From: Amoeboradix gromovi X-113
Lineage: Eukaryota; Fungi; Sanchytriomycota
Assembly: GCA_018985225.1 (NCBI GenBank)
Contig: JADGIF010000012.1
Coordinates: 10,896-42,895 of the forward strand
DNA length: 32,000 bases
Direction of reading: 5' to 3'
The notes under the pieces were generated by a model. The model saw nothing but the letters and a program-made list of their open reading frames with translations. It was not told the DNA's origin and did no database searches. Positions 1 to 10,900 of the stretch are shown piece by piece (position 1 is the stretch's first letter; every line of letters begins with the position of its first letter). The position numbers and the translations under genes were made by a program.

Positions 1-1
1 C

Positions 2-1876
2 AGTATCCAGATAGTTTGGATGGATATAAAGCGCAAAAAGCGCGTTTGTGAGTAATCTGATAATCGATGAGGAACTTGTAAAGAGTAATGATGGTTTGAT
101 ATCCAAATTAAATGATTTGGAGTGATTAATAGCATCCATGTATATCTGGCTTACCGGCTGGTTGTATTGACTGTTAATAATAGATTCCAAATGGTTGTTG
201 CTGCTTATAACAGTGGCTATATTATCATTTGGACTATTTAAAGCACTGTTATAAGGGCTATTAATTGTGCTAGTAGGGCGACTTAATACACTGCTAGGAC
301 GAGTATTAGTGGGAATGCATGCACAGATATTACTGCTTGTTAATAAAATCAGTTTATAAATGTTTTCATGATTGGGAACTACGGCGTGTATTAGTAGCAA
401 CGCCATTGATAGATTAATTAGATCTCCAGTGTTAGCAATAGTGTTAGGAAAGATATCCATTATTAGCGCATCTGAATTAGTAATCGATTTGACTTTGAAT
501 AAGTACTCATAATACATTTTAATTATATCAGTATATAATGGACACTGGTTATTATTAATCGTTAAAAGAGACTTGTAGTACTCGAGATAATCACTGTAAA
601 CTGGCAAAAGCATGGCAGAGTTGAAAGATTCAGGCAATTTGTCGAGTATACGTATAGAGATGGTAATCATATAATGCATGGGCAGTTCAGGTACATTATT
701 GTCTGCTAAGTGGTCGATGTATAGCTGCTTGCTAGGTATTAGACTAAACTGATCATGACCGTAATTGGAAACAAAGGCATTAATTAGTTTAAAGCATAAA
801 CTACAACAAGAGCCAACAACGTTTAGGGTAAATGACTCAGATATAAGATCGTAAAGACTGGCTATTAGTGGGGTATTGCAAACCAATTTATAGATTGCCT
901 CAAGAGATAAAGAAGCTAAAATAACTGAGGAATCTAAAGATATAGTTTTGAATAGCATAGACAGTAATAATTCAGATTCAGTCTTTAATGTATCATGAAA
1001 AGAAGTAATCAGCTGAACGACAAGTAAAAGCGTACGAATAGCAATCGGATAAGGACACATTTCTTTTACCGAGTCACCAAACAACTGGATTATGGTTTTG
1101 CTAAATGTAGCCAACAATTTAGTAAAATGTAAATTGTGAAGTTTCACCGAACAGTTAGTAAATATCAATTTGGTTATTTCTAGACCTAGCGACCGGGGTA
1201 TCGGAGTTAAATATTTTAAATTGTATTCTACGTTTCCTACAATGTACATGACATCTTCCAGTACATCGTATGCTGTATTATCAGGGCACTTTTCAACAAA
1301 ATTGGCAACAATTTGACGATAGGTGGCCCAGGCACTAGAAGTGACTAGTGAATCAATTTTCATAGACACTGGTATGTTCCATGATTCATCGCTAGGATGC
1401 TTAAAAGAAGCATTCAGATTTATCTGAAGCAGTTTATGCATTAGCACACATATCTGATGCATTGCAGCTGGAGACAACTCAAGTGCATAGAGATCAGAGC
1501 ACGGCAGAGCAACCTGCACTAGTTTTAATTGCATTTCTTGCAAAAGATTGGCCTGTGAGCTGAAGAAACCACCGACATCCGCGCGCAAACAGTTGTGAAG
1601 CCAGATGATGCATTCCTCCGCTAGTGCTACTTCAATTAATTTATAAGATATCATTCTTAGCAGAATAGTGAGTGCTAATATATTGGTTTTCGGCTGATTG
1701 AGTTGGAAAGTCTTTTGAAGTACAGCTTTCGCAGAAGATAGATTTTTTTGTTCTTGTCGTAATTCATAGACACATTGCTCTGCCGCTTCCTTAATATCCA
1801 GAAGCCTCCTTTTCTTAGCTTCATTCGACAAACTGGCTAAGTCTTGCTGTAAAAGGGTAGAACTTGCTAATGACAT
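2..1876 (-). CDS. MON2: Mon2-like (Sec7/BIG-family DCB-HUS) endosomal trafficking protein, 3' partial (runs off window start)
   Basis: ATG at 1876. The frame reads open to the window edge, so it has no stop and is absent from the ORF track. N-terminus MSLASSTLLQQDLASLSNEAKKRRLLDIKEAAE matches the Mon2 DCB start (L..DL..LS.EAKKR...IKEAAE); later QEMQLKLVQ, PYPIAIRTLLLV and LKTESELLLSML fit the DCB/HUS region. Confidence 0.8.
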   Translation of the reverse strand, partial: MSLASSTLLQQDLASLSNEAKKRRLLDIKEAAEQCVYELRQEQKNLSSAKAVLQKTFQLNQPKTNILALTILLRMISYKLIEVALAEECIIWLHNCLRADVGGFFSSQANLLQEMQLKLVQVALPCSDLYALELSPAAMHQICVLMHKLLQINLNASFKHPSDESWNIPVSMKIDSLVTSSAWATYRQIVANFVEKCPDNTAYDVLEDVMYIVGNVEYNLKYLTPIPRSLGLEITKLIFTNCSVKLHNLHFTKLLATFSKTIIQLFGDSVKEMCPYPIAIRTLLLVVQLITSFHDTLKTESELLLSMLFKTISLDSSVILASLSLEAIYKLVCNTPLIASLYDLISESFTLNVVGSCCSLCFKLINAFVSNYGHDQFSLIPSKQLYIDHLADNNVPELPMHYMITISIRILDKLPESFNSAMLLPVYSDYLEYYKSLLTINNNQCPLYTDIIKMYYEYLFKVKSITNSDALIMDIFPNTIANTGDLINLSMALLLIHAVVPNHENIYKLILLTSSNICACIPTNTRPSSVLSRPTSTINSPYNSALNSPNDNIATVISSNNHLESIINSQYNQPVSQIYMDAINHSKSFNLDIKPSLLFTSSSSIIRLLTNALFALYIHPNYLDT

Positions 1877-1976
1877 GAAAAAGTATTTGAGCTTCTGTTT
1901 CAACTTTTAATACAGAAAACTGAAAATACAAAATGTAATACTACTGCCCAAATAAGCAACAGAAAGAGCTCTTATA

Positions 1977-2908
1977 ATGGCAGGTATGGAACGCTATTCT
2001 GTAAATTGCTTCATATAATAATGCTTCACCAAAATGTAGGTCACTTTCTGATGCAACAAGTTGCGAAACATTTTTTTGACATCTGGAACACATTGCAGCC
2101 AAATGACAAACTCAGTGAGTTGCATGTAGGTACACCGGCAGCTCAGTTGAGGCCTGATCTGCAAGAACTTTACACATACTTTATAAGGCAGCTGGAATCA
2201 AATGAAGAGATTACAGTGCTTGATTTAGAACATTTGCAAGGCAAGCAGGCTGCTTTTAAACAGAAGCTGATTGATGAGGAAAATAGTTACCTTGAAGTAA
2301 AAAAATCTCACGAAGGTATTCTATTTGAGCTAGGAATAGAGATGGAGAGTATTCAAGCGGAGATGAAAAGCTCAATTTTTAAGGAAAAAGCCTACCAAGA
2401 AAACACAAAAGTTATACTGCAGTTGTGCAGCAATGAACTAGAAAATTTCAAAACTCAGTTTGACGCAAGTAGCAGTTTAAAAATCATAGAAGCGACTAAA
2501 TTATATAAGGAACTCACCTTGGCAAATGAAGCTCAAATGCAAGAATGGATTGAAAAAAGACAGCGCATTCAAAAGGAAATAAAAGAGTGGGAGTCCAGGT
2601 ATATGACTGAGACAGATCTTAATTCATCAAATATCTTCTTGTTGAAATCGCAGTTGTTGCAGCTGAATGAAGATTATGATAAGCTGAATGCAAATCTCTC
2701 AGAAATCACACCAGTATATGATAAAATTTTGTTTGATAAAGATGAGCAAGGTAAAATTGATTTTCAGGAGAGGCTATTATATTTATCACAGACAATCGCG
2801 GCTAAACGAATACAGTCCACATGGAAACAATATAAGTCCCGTAAAACAGCAAACGCAAAGCCAAAATCGTCCAAAAAAGCTAAAAAAGGAACAAAGAAAA
2901 GCAAATAG
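1977..2908 (+). CDS. DRC10: Dynein regulatory complex subunit 10 (IQCD/DRC10)-like coiled-coil protein; 5' end uncertain
   Basis: Long coiled coil ending in an IQ motif (AAKRIQSTWKQYKSRK) and a Lys-rich tail, which is the DRC10 architecture. ATG 1977 joins the main frame through a possible GTATGG..TAG intron 1984-2039; in-frame ATGs at 2021 and 2051 are alternatives. Confidence 0.7.
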
Positions 2909-2998
2909 TATTTAGCTATCTAATAAACTATTTTTAACTTAAACTTTGGGCTAAATCTTTTTATTTATTTTGCGTTACTATGTGCAGGCCAGTGAAAA

Positions 2999-4753
2999 AT
3001 GAATTTGCTGAAAAAAATTAAACTGGGCTTGGATAGAATGAAGGACAGAGTGATGGAAATGATGAACTGCAGAAAGACCAGGGTTGAAGAAGAAGGGATA
3101 ATTTCAAAGAAAGAATGCATTTCGCATGGTGCCGCAGTTGATGCATTTGCTGGTGACTGCAGGCCTGTTTTTGCTAGAATATCACCCAAGAATCCCAAGC
3201 TTATCATGAAGTCCACAAACAATAGATGGAAAACTAAGCGCGTTACTGAAGGCTCGACTCTAACTGAGTTCAGCACTTACATAATTGCCGATTATGAGTT
3301 GAAAAAGGATCGCAACTCTGTATCCAGATCATCACCTTACAAAAACGCCAATGCTGCAGAATCTACCAAGTTTGGGGCCATTGGAATCTCGATAGAGCCT
3401 GAGAAACATGAAAATGATACAGAATTGCATTTTTCTCTAGTCAATACATCAATAGTGGACAATAATAAGAGCTTTGAAGTTAGATCATTGGATCCTGGTG
3501 TTACCAACGAGAAAGTTTCAGGGCTCTTAAACATATCAGACCACTCTGAAAACATAGTACTTGCATATGACAATCACTACTTCAGAAAAGTTGACTCCCG
3601 GAATTTGGCGTGTGAGGAGACGATTCTGCATAACTCAGTTGTAAATTGCTTGTTTTTGAGCAAGCAGTCAGAATCCATGGACTCGCTAGTTGAAAAGTAC
3701 TTGCATATGGGATACAAAGAGAGCATTAAAAGCTTTTGTTTTACTGTACCTATAGAAATGGAGAGATTCAGTTCCACAAAACTTCTATTTCCATGTGCTA
3801 CTAATAAAAGTGCCATTTCTGATTCCTTCCCATTTTGTAGAGAAAATACAGAGATGGTTGAGTCAAATGATATAAATAAGCAAGAACCAGTAGAAATGCC
3901 GAAAGGTTTTGGTTTCTCAACTATTTCTAATACACACTCAGCATTTCCACCTTTGTTGAAAAAAATGAACAGTAATGAAGAGTTTAAATTTAGCAAAGAG
4001 CAACTAGCTGATGAATTATTCCTGCCTGCACTAGTTCACCCAGGAAACAAGGCGGTGCACAAAAAGAATTGGGGTGATGATCTTGGCGAGAGTATCTTAA
4101 GGTGCCCCAATAATAATGAAAAAAGTAGGGTCTTAGAGAATTTGAAAGGTGAAAATTGTGATTTATTGAATCTTAATGAGGTAAAATCGGAAGATAGCTT
4201 GGGGTACGTGCTGGACGCGGAAGGGTTATCTATAGAGATCGAACCACGTTCTGAACTTGAACCAAACGCTTCAAACAAAATTTGCTGCCAGCCTGTAAAA
4301 CAATATGTGAGATCAGCATTACGTTATAGCATATTTGTCAATAGCGACCGCGCCAGAGAGGAAGAAATTTGTCCGAAAGTTGAAGTTCGATCATTAAAAA
4401 TATCAAAATTCAATTTACCCCCACTGCGGACCAGAAACGAGTTCTTTGAAAGTGGATCCAAAGGCAGCACCATAAAAGAGCCCCATAGATTGGAAAACTC
4501 TTCCCATACCGATAGAGCACCAGAGTTCTTTCCCTTGCATCTTTATAATTACACTGCAGTCAAAACCAAGTATACTGATATGGGGCTGTTGCAAAACTGT
4601 CTCTTAAATGCATTTTGTCTCCAAATGGAATCACACAAGCTAGATGAAGACAACCTGGCCCTTCGAGGAATTTGTTTCCGAAATCTCGCATATAGTCTGA
4701 TGGTAATGGAAGAAGAGTCTACTCCTCTAGTTATGGACGACTATTATACTTGA
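2999..4753 (+). CDS. Hypothetical protein, largely low-complexity (S/E/N/K-rich)
   Basis: 584-codon uninterrupted ORF with an ATG start; no motif recognised. Confidence 0.6.
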   Translation: MNLLKKIKLGLDRMKDRVMEMMNCRKTRVEEEGIISKKECISHGAAVDAFAGDCRPVFARISPKNPKLIMKSTNNRWKTKRVTEGSTLTEFSTYIIADYELKKDRNSVSRSSPYKNANAAESTKFGAIGISIEPEKHENDTELHFSLVNTSIVDNNKSFEVRSLDPGVTNEKVSGLLNISDHSENIVLAYDNHYFRKVDSRNLACEETILHNSVVNCLFLSKQSESMDSLVEKYLHMGYKESIKSFCFTVPIEMERFSSTKLLFPCATNKSAISDSFPFCRENTEMVESNDINKQEPVEMPKGFGFSTISNTHSAFPPLLKKMNSNEEFKFSKEQLADELFLPALVHPGNKAVHKKNWGDDLGESILRCPNNNEKSRVLENLKGENCDLLNLNEVKSEDSLGYVLDAEGLSIEIEPRSELEPNASNKICCQPVKQYVRSALRYSIFVNSDRAREEEICPKVEVRSLKISKFNLPPLRTRNEFFESGSKGSTIKEPHRLENSSHTDRAPEFFPLHLYNYTAVKTKYTDMGLLQNCLLNAFCLQMESHKLDEDNLALRGICFRNLAYSLMVMEEESTPLVMDDYYT

Positions 4754-5644
4754 AATAGGTTTAGTCAAATTTCAATGAGAAATGGTCCACAAACTGGAAA
4801 ACCCCACTAATCAAATGTATTGCGTACAAATGTCCTATATTATATCATTTGCGCTTTTGGCGGCAGCTCGTTGTTACCGATCCTCTACTTTCAGTCTAAC
4901 CTCAAGAGCAAGCAAATCAGGGTCCTTGTATCAACTGCATACACTAGTTTCCTGCTCTGGATACCGCAGTGGTCTGTTGGTGTGCGTCTACAGTTTTTGT
5001 GACCGTAATAAATCATATTTTACCAATTTGTTTTAGCATGCTGTATAGATCCCATGCACCCACAATCTGAGCTACGTCATTTTAGTATCATACTGTACAA
5101 GATCCAAGATCGTAGCGAGTGCATCTATTTTCACAGGCTTTCTGAAGTTGCACTCCAGGCCAATTAAGCAGCATATCTATCAGCATTTGTGTCTGTTGTT
5201 TTAGTGCTGCGTGTGACATCTTGGTCTATGACGAACGCTGAATTTGATACCTCTGTAAACCCACCTCCATGTTGTTTGCAAAATCCTGTAAAACAACGGC
5301 AATGATGCCATAAATTGGCCAACTATTGGTTACTCAGACATTCAGCTGAACACATGCACTCATCTAGCTCCCCTTTCCAAACTGGACATATTGAGGGAAC
5401 AAAAAGTCACCCACAGACTCGGCTTTACCATCGGGACTGGTTGCATCGTTTCTTTCATAATTAGGCTTTAGTTCTCCTGAACATTTTGTTTTCTTGACAC
5501 TCTTAGTTGAATTATTTGTGGTGATTAAGTTGGTATAGGTTAAATAACTGAGAATGTGGTTGACGAAACAAGGGTTGACATAGGTCTGCCTCATGTGTGA
5601 CCAACAGGGATGAATTACTTAGATTCAGAAGATTTATGCCATTG

Positions 5645-5754
5645 CTCCTCGCTAAAAGTCCTGATTTCCGAGAAAATCGAGAATTTCCACAGAGAATCTA
5701 GCAAAGCTAGATGCTCCGTTACAGTGGCTGGTCACTCTTGCAATACCCTGAGGC
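5645..5754 (-). ncRNA. Putative Fanzor omegaRNA scaffold / element right end, copy A
   Basis: Lies just 3' of the DRD..ARNI motif. 68/99 nt ungapped identity (hand count) to 25146-25244. Contains the hairpin ATCTAGC-TTT-GCTAGAT. Confidence 0.6.
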
Positions 5755-6093
5755 GGGGTTGAATAAGGGTACATATACCTGATGTATATGTTCCTTGCTG
5801 CCATATGATCTCTATCTATCTTCAAATGACACTTTGTACAGGTTCAGGTTTCTAAATTAGTTTTCTTTAGAGTGGCATACCTTGTACATATCTTACTAGT
5901 AAATGCATCATTATATTCAACCATCGTCTTTCCTCTTTGTTTGCACTTGAACTTCAAGCGTTCTTTGAATAAATTGTGCAGATATCTTATAGGCATTGAA
6001 AGACAACTAATTTTCCCATGTTTGCACCAGTTCCTCAACGTTGATGAATGTATGCTGTGCCTGCTAGTTATTTCTTTAGAATTGATTTACCAT
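5652..6093 (-). pseudogene. Fused remnant of an IS607 TnpA MerR-like HTH and a Fanzor2/TnpB RuvC-II, Zn-finger and RuvC-III region
   Basis: One frame reads INSKEITSRHSIHSSTLRNWCKHGKISCLSMP (TLRxW..GKI HTH), then HNLFKERLKFKCKQRGKTMVEYNDAFTSKICTRY...LET*TCTKCHLKIDRDHMAARNI. It has a premature TGA at 5844-5846, one Zn Cys changed to Tyr, and its ATG (6093) is one base out of frame. Confidence 0.85.
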
Positions 6094-6433
6094 TTGCGAA
6101 AAGGAAGAATATCGAGTGTTTAAGGTATTAGAAAAATCTGGAAAAGTCTTGAAATTATACAAAAATGCATACAAATTCGCGATAAATGATTTATTCAAGA
6201 AAACAATCGAGCTGTACTCAAATAAAAAGGATCTTCTATAATCCCCGTAATTGATCTAAAATGAGTCTCTTAGGGCCCCAATAGTGAGAAAGTCTTGCAT
6301 GTACATATTTGGAATAGATCTCTATTTTTATCATAAGATGTTCATGTAATTTTCTGGAACTTACAGTTTATGAGATTTGAAGGCATTTACCTTTATATGG
6401 TATCTTTTTACAGTTTCTTAATGGTCATTTGTA

Positions 6434-7522
6434 TTGGTATCACCAAATGATACTGACGTACGAAACAAGATGTATTTTTACTTATCATTTCTAAACAACC
6501 TGCAAATGCTATACCATGGATCGTTTAAAGAAATGAATGTATATTCCTCAATTCATAACTATGCAGAGTGGCCTGGTATTTCAGTCAGTGATGCTCAAGT
6601 TTTTGTGGTAGATAACAGTTTAATGGAACTACAGCATTTATTAATCAAAGTACAGACATGGTATAACGCCAATGCAAACATATATAGCTCTCCTACTACG
6701 ACTGACCTTTTTTCTTTCGACCAATTAAAAGACGTTGCAATAGTCTCAATTCCAAATTTATCCATAAAATCAACATGTATTGCCGATGTGTTCCTTAAAT
6801 ACAATACAATGGATATTATTCCCATTACTTTCAAACCTGTCAAAAGTTTTGAATCAAAAAACAAACCACTATCAGCTGACTTAAATTATTTTTGGCAAGT
6901 TAATAACATCGTTCAAAATGCCTTATTTCTGACAAGAGAATCTCTTGATTCTTCAATTAACAGACTTCCTATGACCAGCGAACAATTTATAATTAAAAAG
7001 ATTCAGAAATTCTGTAATATTGAGCTTATACCTATCTCCATTTACGAGAACAATGTTGTTTGCAAGATAAATTCTAAAAATCCCACTTCTCTTATTTCCA
7101 CTTCGTTCAACAATCATCATTCTTTCGCTAATCGTTCATTCAAGTCTGAAAGTGCAGGTGCTATTGCAGGTTTATTTGACCTAATCCGATTTTTCAAGCT
7201 TCACCGCAGTGACTCCAAAGTGGCGTTTGTATTTTTCTCTTCTGAATCCTTGGGCCACAAAGGCTCTAAGCATTTCTTTGATCTCTATCCCATATCTGAT
7301 TTCACCCATCATGTGCATTTGAATCATTTGTTTAATTTGTTTTATTGGCAGTACACTGATTCCATACAGCTTAACTTTTACAACCGCTTTATTCCTACTG
7401 TAGTATCAAACATAGACTCAAGTTCTCCCGATTTAGGTATTTTATCAATGAATATAAACCATAGTGTCATATCTTCAAATCTTGACGCTGTTGTGCACGC
7501 CATTAACCAATTTAGCAAATAG
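6434..7522 (+). CDS. Nicastrin-like protein (gamma-secretase subunit, inactive M28 peptidase fold); truncated or degenerating
   Basis: DVRNKMYFYL resembles the nicastrin N-terminus; SF...KSESAGAIAGL...KVAFVFFSSESLGHKGSKHF resembles GAES..S...L...[20 protein letters not shown]. Both ends are unresolved and there is no in-frame signal peptide or TM helix. Confidence 0.55.
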   Translation: MVSPNDTDVRNKMYFYLSFLNNLQMLYHGSFKEMNVYSSIHNYAEWPGISVSDAQVFVVDNSLMELQHLLIKVQTWYNANANIYSSPTTTDLFSFDQLKDVAIVSIPNLSIKSTCIADVFLKYNTMDIIPITFKPVKSFESKNKPLSADLNYFWQVNNIVQNALFLTRESLDSSINRLPMTSEQFIIKKIQKFCNIELIPISIYENNVVCKINSKNPTSLISTSFNNHHSFANRSFKSESAGAIAGLFDLIRFFKLHRSDSKVAFVFFSSESLGHKGSKHFFDLYPISDFTHHVHLNHLFNLFYWQYTDSIQLNFYNRFIPTVVSNIDSSSPDLGILSMNINHSVISSNLDAVVHAINQFSK

Positions 7523-7983
7523 TAAAATTTATAAAACAGTGACCATTTGAATCTTCCAATGTAAAAATGACTTAGTCTAACGTTTACAGAAGTGTCTCAT
7601 ATCCCATTACCTGGTTGTATTGCAAAACAGTTGTACTATTGATACTCTTCTATCATTCGGACATTATATGGCTCCAATAATGGTTCATTATATTTGTATC
7701 CTCTTTGAATAGTTTGAGCATTGTAACTTCTTAGGCGCCATTTTTGCGGTCCAGAAGATATGTGAATGACTCTCTTTGATTTCTTTCTTTTGTTCATCGT
7801 TGGGAAAATGTTCAAATGCATTTCTTTTTAGTAAATATCAGATCCAACTTGATGCCAAGTTTGCACAAATTCACGTGGACCCTTGCTAATGTGGTAGATT
7901 CTATTAAATAATTTATTACTTTTAGTCTTAACAGAGCTTTTGTTTCAGTGCTTGACCACATTTTAAATTTAATCTCTCATTTA

Positions 7984-10900
7984 TTAATTTTCATCAAACT
8001 GGAACCTGCTTGCATCATGCTGTATCCTGTTAATTAGATGGCACACATCATTCTGTATTATGTCTCTGCACAATTCGTCATACTCATCTGTAAGCAGAGT
8101 TAATGGCTTACCTCTGATCAATCCTTCATCTCTCTCTTTGTTTATGTTAACATATGGCGCAAATTTAGTGTAATACTTGTTTCCCAAGAACAACGCTATC
8201 TTGCATTGCTTAATCAGCAGGTACGCACCGTACAAGTAACTGCATTCCTTGGAATGGACCAGTGGTTCATAGTATCTATTTACGGCGTCTACGCAGCATT
8301 GACCCTAAATTAATATCAAATACCTGAAAACATGTTATTGTTCCGCATATTAAACACAGTGCCGGTTGACTAGGAACTTTATTGCAATTTCTACACCTTA
8401 AGTCCATTACAAAAAAATCTTCATATTTATGTGGTAGCTTGGTCAAAGCAGGTTTGATTAGCTTACTGCTGTTCCATTTCATGTTAAACATCATAAATAA
8501 CTCATCCTGCTTGTTCACAAAACTACTGTTAACATCAATGGTGCTAAGTCCCATAATTATCGTCAAATATATTCGAGTACATGTCAGATAATGCAATTGC
8601 TCTTGCTCTGGTAGCAACTGTATTCTGGACTTGCAATAATCAAATATACTGGTATTGTTTAATCTGCATTCATCCAGCATAATTGGCATGTCATTGTAAA
8701 ATTGATCCTCGCTTTTGGTACTTGTCATTGCGGTGCTCCAATACCATCTAATAAATTGAAAGAAGTGGCTATAAAACTGTTGATTCCTGCTGCTGATTGA
8801 TCCTAGCATTTCTAATTCTAATATGGTGCCATAGAGTATCATTTCAAACTCTACATTCATTGGATTGTACGCTTTGCTCAATGCTTGTTGTAATAAAATC
8901 AAATGGTTCAGGTGAATATCTGCTGGTTCTACTAACTGCAAAGCATCAATGTCTTGTTTAATTACCTCCTCTACACTATTGAAGTTGCTGCTCATGCTGC
9001 AAGGTATAGTGGATACGGAATGGTTGAATGTACCTTTTCCAATGATTGGAACGTAGCAATTACTTAAGCTTCTGCATATCGGACAGGTTATACATAGTTT
9101 ATTGCTTAAATCATTGCTAGACAAAGTAGAACCGGCTTTTACGCTGTTGTAAAGGCTCTTTAAACTAGTGCATCTGAAGTGGACTACATGGCATCCACTG
9201 ATTTGAAATATTGTATTTCGATTGACCAAATGTTTATTAATACTCAAAAACGACAAATAACCATAATCCTCACCAGCGCATGATTGCTTACAATAGCAGC
9301 ATTCCTCGGATGTGGCATTAAATGATGAATATGCTTGTTTGTTGAATAATTGCATGTATGGGCTAGGTAAATCAAAACTAGCTACGGACTCCTCGTCATC
9401 TAGCATACCCATCTCTTCCATGTATGCATTCATCGCTAACAACTGCGTCTGTTTTATTTTATTTAATAAGTTAGACTGCAATTGTAAACTTGCACTACTA
9501 ATGGTACTCGCGTTAATGGTAGGGACTGAGTAGTCTCTGTTGAATCTAGTATTAATAGCGTTGATCATAAATGCAGCACGGTGTATGTTAGATGCATTTG
9601 CAGATGATTTGTAAGCATCAATACATTTGTCAATAATAGTAGGATTACTAGTGATTATACTTATTTGTAAAAGCATGTCATTGGAAATAAACGTATCGAC
9701 TCCAAGTTGCAGCGAGTACAACCTTAGGAGTGTATCGTTTGTGATATGGGCAGTCGTGGTTGGCATTTGATATTTTATTTTATTATTATTAATTATATCA
9801 CTCATATTGCTAGAGTTATAAAAGTAATGATACGGGTTTATAGAAGCATCCGTAATAAAGTACTCTATCCCTTTATAAGTGTGCTTGGAATGAATCGAAG
9901 GAATGTCTAGGTCATAATCCATTTGCTCAAAATAATCATCTAATTCACTCTTTAAATGGGGCTTAACTGCTAGCATATGGTGTATGAACTCATTGGTAAT
10001 ATTCTTTAGGGGTGTCAGCAGAACTAACACAAAATGGAGTATGTTAGAAGCTAATAGTTTGTTGTCGTTTATAGGACCAATAAGACTAAAGTACATATCA
10101 AATACGTTATAACGCTTGTAGTAATGTTGTAAAAGCTGCAGATCGCTGGTATAAAGACTACCCAGCTTAGATCTATTTAGTTTCATCAGCGATTGTTCAT
10201 AAAATGGTATTTGACCATTTCTCAACCACATCAAACTAATCAGCTGGTCGTGATAGACCTGGTTAGCAATTAAACCATGTAATACAGTGTTATGTGGATC
10301 AATAGATGGGTTGAACGGCATGTATTGATTTAACTGAGCAATGGGACTGGCTGTAGGTTTTAACTGATTAAACAGCTCCGGATATCGACTAACTAAAGGG
10401 CTGAGTAATCTAAATAAAGTTGTATGTATTGAAGCGCCATTCAAATGTGTTTTGGGTGATTGCAAATGGTGGACAGCATTTAAGATCAATGATAATGTGT
10501 AGTCGATGTTATCATCTGTGACAACTAAAAGCAGTTCTTGCATTAGTATATTCATGTTTAATGCCAAATTAAATGCCCATCTCCATGATTTAGATTCAAA
10601 TTGTATATGTTGATTTATATATCTTAGTTGATGATCCATTCCATGTACTAAGGTACTGAGTACGATGAACGATCGCAATACATTGTCTTCGTTATTCTGT
10701 ATTCTGGTTTGAATGTTCTTTCGTAGGTCATTCGTATTTATAAAGAATAACAAGTCGTGGGTTAACTTCATGTATATACTGTTGCTAATGCCCTGCTTGT
10801 TAACATCTATTATAGGAAGAGTTATAGAATGTACGTCTGACTTGACAGTGTTACTAAATGGCTGCTTTTGGTTGAATAGGATTGATTTAATCAGCATTTC

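Larger units (their letters stand above)
5645..6196 (-). mobile_element. Internally deleted IS607-type/Fanzor2 element, copy A (552 bp)
   Basis: On the minus strand, in order: left-end motif GAATAAATCATTTATCGCGAATT shared with copies B and C, tandem GAYTTTTC repeats, a TnpA HTH remnant, a Fanzor/TnpB C-terminal remnant, and the conserved right-end block ending GAGGAG. Confidence 0.85.

Noticed and set aside
4782-5600. Short ORFs and possible pseudogene fragments between the 584-aa gene and element A
   Set aside because: No recognisable motif and no consistent frame; cannot be assigned without a search.
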